Assembly (NCBI RefSeq): GCF_009914755.1
Contig: NC_060929.1
Reading direction: 5' to 3' (one strand)
Source: the human T2T-CHM13v2.0 reference genome, Homo sapiens
DNA: 64,000 nucleotides
The first letter of the stretch is position 1. Every line of letters starts with the position of its first letter. Below the pieces are notes generated by a model. The model was not told where the DNA came from, searched no databases, and worked only from the letters and a program-made list of their open reading frames with translations. This document shows, piece by piece, positions 56,266 through 64,000 of this stretch. Made by a program: the position numbers and the translations under genes.

Positions 56266-58656
56266 CCTATTGCAAATTTTTCTAACTTTTACAAACCACA
56301 TATGTTTATATGATTGTTTGTATTTATATACAACATATTTATTATTCCTTTATTTGTACTTTCTAGGAACAAACTTTAATTATTAAAAATTACTAATATT
56401 ACTGTTTAATATTAAATGTTGTGATTTCTCACATATCATAAAGATATAAGGGACTATAAAGATGAACTGATTTTATCAATAGAAAACATTCATATGGTGT
56501 ATAATATATCAAAAGAAAGTCTAAAGCTGGAAACACAGTAATTAGTCATTCAGTGTTATGTATTGAGAGGTACAGTTTAAAAACTTTATTGTAAAAACAA
56601 ACAAATAAACAAAAAAGAAGCCTCTCATACTTTTAATATTTTCAAGGATAAAGATCAGTTGAATTACCCATATTTAAAATTTAAATATGAGAACTTAATG
56701 TACCAGTTGATAATTAAAGACAAAGCCACCTAATTTCTTACAATTTAGAAAGAAATTGTGGAGATTCCACAGTTGGAAAATGAAGAAAATATTCTGGGCT
56801 TTAGGGATGTGGACAAAGTTACAGATCTTTCAAATCATATGCTAAAAACTTAATAAAAATATATTTTTGCCAGCTGTTTGCAGATTTTGTAAATTACAGT
56901 AAATGAGTTTTAAAAGCCATGTGCCAGATGGAGAAAGGCTCATATTTCCTAAAGTGTTAATGAAATTTAGTTATAGCAAGAGAGACACAGGGAAAAAATA
57001 ATATTAGTATGAGACTGATAATGATTTTGTCAAGCCACAGCTGTCACAATGAACTACTCATCTGTCCGTATTTGGGCATGCTTCCCATATTTGCTACCAC
57101 ATTTATCATATAATAAAATACTGAAACTGTTGGTTTTTGATGCAAGTCAAGTTTAGTGGAGGTCATTTATTTTATAGATAACAGTTCTAATATAATGTGA
57201 TATTGTATAACTACAATAATTCTAAGAAAACATGAACGGTTTTATGGGTAATTTTAAAATTCACATTAATTATAAAGGGTCACCATTTGAAAATATTTCA
57301 GGAATTGATAAGAAAGAACATATACAAATAATTCTATTCATTTTGTGATTTCAATGTGTTTTTAAATGCATTAATGATAATTTGAGAAATCAAAGCTTTT
57401 ACTACACAAAAGTAGAAAATTAGCCATCGATAATATTGATAAATCCTGCAGCTCAAATTACTTCTCATTTTAGTATTACAAAAAGTTGCCTTCACAAACA
57501 CAGTATCTTTTTGTGTTAGAAATCAATAGGTAAAAATGTCTTCCTGAAACATGAAATAGTGTCCAGTAAAATATGGCACCCTCTTAAATTTCATATATTG
57601 TATCAATCAAATAGAGAAAATAATTTTGCAACGGTGAGAATGTTGTAGGATGAGCAAGGAAGTTATCAAATCCTGACACATTTACCAGAATATATTGTTT
57701 AAATGTATGCGATATTTAAATGGGTATTCTTCCTTCTCTCAAATATTAAGGGAACGGATATTGTCCAAATTGGCTCCATATCTTCTTTTAGTTAGGCATG
57801 CTAAATGAGAGCTTTAGAATTATTTAAATCCACTGACATGCTTAATTTGAAACAATGTTGTTTGTTTGGGGGACATCCAGAAATTTCAGTTTTAAATAAT
57901 GATATATTAGCTGCAGGTGTAACAGTACCTATGCATTTATTGCTTCACAGTCTAGCAGTGTTTGTGAGAAAAACTGATGGATCCTGCAGATTAACTATGG
58001 ACAGCCAAATATTGAGTAAAGTGATGTCTACAACAGCATCAGCTATGCCTGATATGGTGTTAATTCACATTGTGAAGGTAAATTGGTATTTTGTGATGGA
58101 AAACCCAGGGCCAATTTTCATTAATGTGAGATGAAACAAAATACACATTTATTGTTCTCCTAGAAGGACATTTAAATTTGTGTATGTGTTGACACCACTC
58201 AGTAAGAAGAAACAATTTTGATTTAATTGAAAGCTATTGTTATTATGTTGATGATATAATGCTGATATATATTTTAACCTGAAGATTAAGCTAAAAATGA
58301 ATGAAAAGTAATGGTTATTTATATAAATACCCAGGGAAGAGTTACATTACTGATTATATGGATTAATTTGAATGAAGTACAGGACAAATAGTAAAATTCA
58401 TGTTTATTACTTGGGCCAGAGTAACTAAAGACATTCCTCAATCAACCAAAAATAAATTATTGTGCTTTTCCAGTTCCAAAATCAGAAGATGATACAGAAA
58501 GATTGCTCTGGTTGCCTGGTTTCTGAAGAAATCGTGTACCCTGTCTGGATAGTGTCTTACTTCCTATCCACAAAGTTGTGAAATAATCTGGAATTAAATG
58601 GCAACCTAAACAACCCTAGAGTTGCCTGAACACAGAGCCATTGCTGTGTTGATCAT

Positions 58657-59203
58657 TATAGCAGGTAGATTTTAATTTGGCCCCTAATATTCTTCACCTC
58701 TTAGTATTTTCACTCTTATGCAATCTCTCTTATTTGAGTATAGGCTGGTTTAGTGACTTGCTCCTTATCAACAGAATACAGCAAAGGAGATGAGATGTCA
58801 CTTTCTTAATTAGTTTATACAAAATATGAGTTCTGCCTTGCTATCTTGTTGGCTTCAATAAAGGGAAGAGCCATATATATGAGGTCCACATGGACAAGGA
58901 AATGAGAAATTCCCTGAACAACAGCTAGCAAAGAACTGAGACTCTCATTCTAACACCTCACAAGGAAATGAATCTTGCTAACAACCACATGAGCATAAAA
59001 GCAGATTCATTCTTAGTCTAGAGTTCAGTTGAGACCCCAGCCTTGGCTAATACCTGTATTACAGTCTTGTGATAGACAGAAACAGAGAAGCCAGCTAAGG
59101 CATACAGAGATTCCTGATCCACAGAAATTATGAGAAAACAAATGTGTGTTGTTTTAAGCACCTACATTTGGGAAAATTTGTTACATAGCAATAGATCAAT
59201 AAC
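58657..59203 (+). mobile_element. MLT1 (F-H-like) MaLR LTR
   Basis: AGTGACTTGCTCC...AACAGAATACAGCAAAGG...ACAGCTAGCAAAGAACTGAG...TGTGTTGTTTTAAGC...TTGTTACATAGCAATAGAT. Confidence 0.85.
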
Positions 59204-60423
59204 ATAAGACCACGTGTGACCCTTGTGCTTAAAAGATATTAGAAGTGTCAGCAATGACACTTATGCTGGATGGAGCCTTTGGCAAAGGCCTGCAAGTACC
59301 ACCTGGTGGTAGTCACTAGAAAATAATCTGAGGCTGCCTTCATGTCTACTCTCCTTGAAAGGCAAATGATGGCCTTTTATTGGGGTTTAATGGAAACTGA
59401 AACATTCATATTAGGATTTATATAAGAACAATATTCCAATACAAAGAAAAAGGCACAGAGAAACCCCCTCATCAAATGAAAATGGTTTATTTAAGAATAT
59501 GCATCAGAACTGACCACAGGCAGTATTGATCATATCTATGAACAGGTAGCTCATAAGTCTTTAGGTCCTGTGTTAAAATTTTAGATGTTAACTAACCCCA
59601 TAATTTTAAAAAGCTTAGAAGTTCTCTTGTATAATCAGTTATTAGAGGACTTCCTAACAGGCAGCATTGCTCAGGATGGAGATTCCACATTCAGTCCGGA
59701 AGGCATCTATATTGTGTCCTGTGATCGCTGCATTTTACTGACGAAGAAAAATATGTATCTTCTAAATGAGCAGAATTATGAGGGTGTTTCCATTGCCTTA
59801 GAAAAAATACACAATAACAATAATAGCAAGGTTAAGGGTTTATACAGTTTCTTAGGTAGTAACTGAGAGACTGACAATATGGTAAGGAAATGAGCCTTGG
59901 ATGACTGGAGGATAAAAGAAACCCTACTGTGATGGTTAAGTTGAGGTGTCAACCTTGCTGGACTAAGGGGTACATAAATAGCTAGTAAAGCATTGTTTCT
60001 GGGTATATCTGTGGGAGTTTCCAGAACAGACTGCCATTTGAAATCAGTGGACTGAGTAAGGAAGATTCACCCTCAATGTGGGAGGCAGCATCCAATCAGC
60101 TGAAGACCAAGTAAAATAAAAAGGTAGGAGAAAGGCGAATTCAGTCTCACCTGAATTTGGGACATACTTCTGCCCTTGGACATCGAATCCTCAGGCTCTC
60201 TGGCTTTTGGACTCTGGGACTTGCACCCACAGCCCCCTGGGATCTCAGGCCTCTGGCCTCCAACTGAAAGTTATACCATCAGCTTGCCTGCTTCTGAGGC
60301 TTTTGGATTTGGACTGAACCAACCTACTAATATCCCTGGATCTGCAAATTCAGACAGCGTATCATAAGACTTCTCAGCTTCCATAATCCCATAAGCCAAT
60401 TTTCCTAATAAATTCCCTTTCTT

Positions 60424-60448
60424 CTATCTATCTATGCATCTATCTATG

Positions 60449-60489
<41 letters not shown>

Positions 60490-60505
60490 ATCTATCTATC
60501 ATTTA
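60424..60505 (+). repeat. (CTAT)n microsatellite
   Basis: Direct inspection. Confidence 0.95.
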
Positions 60506-60518
60506 TCTGTCTTACTGG

Positions 60519-60785
60519 TTTTTTTTTCTTTTTTTTATTATACTTTAAGTTTTAGGGTTCATATGCACAACGTGCAGGTTAGTTACATATGTATACATGT
60601 GCCATGTTGGTGTGCTGCACCCAGTAACTCGTCACTTAACCATTAGGTATATCTCCTAGTGCTATCCCTCCCCCCTACCCCCACCCCAAAACAGGCCCCA
60701 GTGCGTGATGTTCCCCTTCCTGTGTCCATGTGTTCTCATTGTTCTATTCCCACCTATGAGTGAGAACATTCGGTGTTTGGTTTTT
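60519..60785 (-). mobile_element. L1PA3-6-like 3' fragment
   Basis: TTATTATACTTTAAGTTTTAGGG...TGTGTCCATGTGTTCTCATTG...GAGTGAGAAC. Confidence 0.9.
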
Positions 60786-62053
60786 ATCTCTCTGCAGAAC
60801 ACTGACTAATACTCATACTTTGGGCAATGTGCTAAGAAGAGGAAATTTCAAAGTAGACTTATCAGTATCAATGAAAACAAAACACTTACAAATTCAGTGG
60901 CAGCCAGAAACAAACAAGGGGATGCCCCTTGTTCACTAAGTGGAAGTGGCCACTTGGCTAAATGAGATACACGGTTATGGAGGAATTCAAACAATGCAAA
61001 AGAGAGAAAAAGAGGAATCTCTTTGTTGGCCTCACTATCAAGCATGCACTTTTTCTTGCTGCCGTCTGTGGAACAATTGCTGAACTATTGAAAACTGCAC
61101 ACCAAGGGTAAAAGCTGGAGCTTAATTCCCCCTAAATATATCTACCCTCTTCTTTTTTAAAAATGTATTTCAATTAAAATTAGTGTTCTCTCCGTTTTAA
61201 CAGGCATACTTTTGGATTTTTAATTTGTAATTTAAATAACCCTGCATAGTTTAGATGAGAAAAGTGTGTGAGAAGTCCTACTGATATCACTTTTCCTACT
61301 ACTACTATTACCATTAGCTTAATTAAATATATGCTGAGTCCGGTTTTATTTAATCATTTTCTTGAAATTTTTTTAGTAAAATTTAACAATTTTTCTTAGC
61401 GAATATTATTAATATCCTCATGGCAAGTGAATTACTTTCCTGAGGCACACAGTTGGTAAGTGAATAATGAATAAATATTTTAACCCAGGCAGGCTCCCTT
61501 CAGAAAAGACATTCCAAAGCACTTTGTTACACTGGATTTAACAATATCTTAACATAATTCCTCAGCAGGTGGGTCATAGATAATGAAATGTACACTAATG
61601 TAAGCTGTTCAAGTATATGAGCTATGATTTTACTTCTGATTTGTTCTGTAGGCAAATGTAGAAATCATTCTCTTTAGAATTTCCTGGCCTCTGTGGTCAT
61701 TCCTGAGTACATCCCCTCTCCCCTCAGACACACACAGTCTTCACTAATGATTAAGAATACATTTTCTGATTAAGAATACATTTTCTGTTTCTGATACCTG
61801 CTGTGGTATTGAACTCTGGGAGAAAATACTCTATTTTCTTATTTTTTTTCCATATACTGGAATGTACCCAAAAATATTTCCACAGAACAATTCTACCATT
61901 ATCAGCAGGTAGTGACCAGTCAACTTTTCTGTGATGTTTGAATGGCTTATTATGAGAGTGAGAGCATTGATTTTGTTTCTCAGTTTTTATAATAGAATGT
62001 GACCTGCACTACAGAAATCATTTTTAACTCATTTTTGGGTATGATTGAGCAGT

Positions 62054-62780
62054 TGTGTGATAAAGAATTTGGCCTTTGTCCCCAGTTTCTGGGAGGTAAC
62101 CTCTAAATACTGGGAATCTCTTCAGTGATAGAAGTGTCTTTGTTATTCATGGTGGACTCTTTAGACCACATATGATGGTTTATGTAGAGGTGATTCAGGG
62201 TGTACCTTTAGATAATTTGTGCTAAAGACGTGATTTAAGATGGGGACTGGTCATGCCAGAAAGATCAACCTTGTAAAGCTTAGAGCTTTGAGCCACATTA
62301 TATCAGCCAGACATCTGGAGAGGGGAAGGAAGCTGGAGGATGCGCTCAATAGCATGCACAGTGATTTAGTCTATCATTCTTAGGTAATGAAAATCCAACA
62401 AAAACTCTAGACATGGAAGCTTGAGTGAACTTCCTTGGTTGACAGTGCCGTATATTGTCATACATCGTGGTTCTAAGAGGGTAATGTGTACTGACTCCGC
62501 AGGGAGGAAACAATGAAACGCCTGTAGTTACAATCTTCCCAGAATTTGCCCTACATGTCTCTTCCCTTGGCTGATTTTGATCTGTATGATTTTGCTATAA
62601 TAATAAAACTGTAATCATAACTCTTTCTGAGTTCTGTGAATTGTTGTAGCAAATTATCAAACCTGAGCAGGTAGTGAGAGCCCCAGAATTTATAGCCAGC
62701 TGATCAGAATTGAGGGTGGCCTTGGAGCATGTAGCTGGTGTCTGCAGTGAGGGTGCTCTTGTGGAGAACCACTTCTTCCT
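62054..62780 (+). mobile_element. MER21C-like LTR
   Basis: CTTTGTCCCCAGTTTCTGGGAGGTAACCTCTAAA...GTCTTTGTTATTCATGGTGG...TTTCTGAGTTCTGTGA...GCTGGTGTCTGCAGTGAGGG. Confidence 0.8.
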
Positions 62781-64000
62781 TAGGTGTGGACACGTGAAGT
62801 TACGTGGATGTCTGTTTTCCTCAAATCCGTATATGGTTTGGTTTGACTGTCACTCTGAATAGAGTCAGGTGTACCCCAAGGAAGAGGCCCTGGGGTTGGC
62901 AAAATACCTCTTTATGAATATTCATGTGCCTTGGCACTTCAAAAGGCTTGAAAAAAAAAGTGCTTCAGTGTTTGCAGGATGCTAGAATCACTTGCTGTAA
63001 AAATATTTACAGCTGTGCTTCAGTTTCCAGGTCTTTGAAAAGATGTTTCAGTAGTGTGGGTGCTGAGTAGCTTGTGTAAAATTTTTATTGTGAGCACCAC
63101 CTTTTCTGGGCACTGACTCCATTTACAAGTGTATCATTCCCCACTGTGAGCCAAGTTTACAGCCAAACCAAGGCAGAAAAACACCCTGGAATTCACATGC
63201 AGTTTTCATCCACAGATCCCAACCCAGGAGTCTGCCTGAACTACAATCCCCAGAATCACCCACTCCTTACCTGACCTCTAGAACTACTTACTGTTCCTCC
63301 ACTTGCAGGCATCTCAGTGTCATTAACACTCATCCCCTTGCCTTTTGCGTTCCACTTGACACTGACCTCCTCCATCAGCAGAATGAGATCTGTCATTTGG
63401 GATACACATTCTGTCCATTATGCGTAAATGTAATTTAGGTCCTTGCTGCCCAGGTTGAGTCTTAAGTCTTTCATGCAGTGAATGCACAGAAAATAGAATA
63501 AGCTGAAACTTGTTTGCTCCATTCTAAACAAAAATGTTTATGAGAAAAATAGTAAAGTGGTTTCACCAGTTTTCCTCAAGTAACAGTAATAATTTAAAAG
63601 TATTAAATATTACCAACTTCTGTTAGTGAATAAATTACAGTAACACCTTAAAACATAAGGTATACATAGTAGTCTAAGATTTAAAGGTATTAAACTTTTT
63701 TTTTGAGTTTAAACAGTATATAATCTCAGGACCTAACCTTGTTGTCTATAGTCATGTTTTTAATTATTTAAAAAATGTATCGGGTAAGTTACGTAAGGTT
63801 AAGTTGTATGAGGTTTAACTTTAAGTGATCACTTTTACTTTCAGTAAAATTTCATAAATATATTAATCAGAAAGGAAAGTAAAACTTAGAAGTATGCTAA
63901 TTGTCTTGTGCTTTGCGAAATAGATGGAATGAGACCACTTAGAATAGAATGAGGCTTTGTTCTTAATTGCTGTCAGGTGAATGATGTTACAATTTTGCAC

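Larger units (their letters stand above)
59928..60813 (+). mobile_element. MLT2 (HERV-L) LTR with (CTAT)n and a nested L1 fragment
   Basis: TGTGATGGTTAAG...GTGTCAAC; GGACTGAGTAAGGAAGAT; ends GAACACTGACTAATAC; flanks CCTAC/CATAC. Confidence 0.9.
57780..61000 (+). mobile_element. Ancient class III (ERVL/HERV16-like) pol remnant, interrupted by MLT1 and MLT2
   Basis: ORF 57805-58134 VRKTDGSCRLTMDSQILSKV...ASAMPDMV (RT N-terminal motif); YYVDDIMLI at 58241-58267 (YxDD); RNase H-like LWQR / FYWGLMET remnants near 59270-59400. Confidence 0.78.

Noticed and set aside
62780-63420. Non-repeat-looking, slightly GC-richer stretch as a possible exon or enhancer
   Set aside because: No ORF, recognisable homology or convincing splice-site pair; cannot be supported without conservation data.

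Overview
Primate genomic DNA, probably hominoid given the AluY, an L1PA2-like fragment and an LTR12C-type solo LTR. It is AT-rich and mostly interspersed repeats (Alu, L1, L2, MIR, MaLR/ERV LTRs, Tigger1, hAT MITEs). I see no intact protein-coding gene, RNA gene or CRISPR array, and most ORFs in the supplied track are repeat-derived. The main structure is a near full-length Tigger1 transposon (15698-27972, - strand) split by two insertions. The first is a ~2.3 kb processed pseudogene of BBOF1/CCDC176 (- strand). It lacks an internal coding block, and its 3' UTR carries two ALDH6A1 exons plus the intervening intron on the opposite strand. The second is a near full-length L1PB with an apparent 3' transduction containing an L2 fragment; this L1PB holds a THE1 LTR, which holds a young L1PA2-like fragment. 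Smaller retrotransposition and repair scars are also listed. All family and gene assignments come from my recall of consensus and protein sequences, not from a search, so subfamily calls and boundaries of old repeats are approximate. I found no evidence of a new functional biological system; the findings concern genome-evolution mechanisms.
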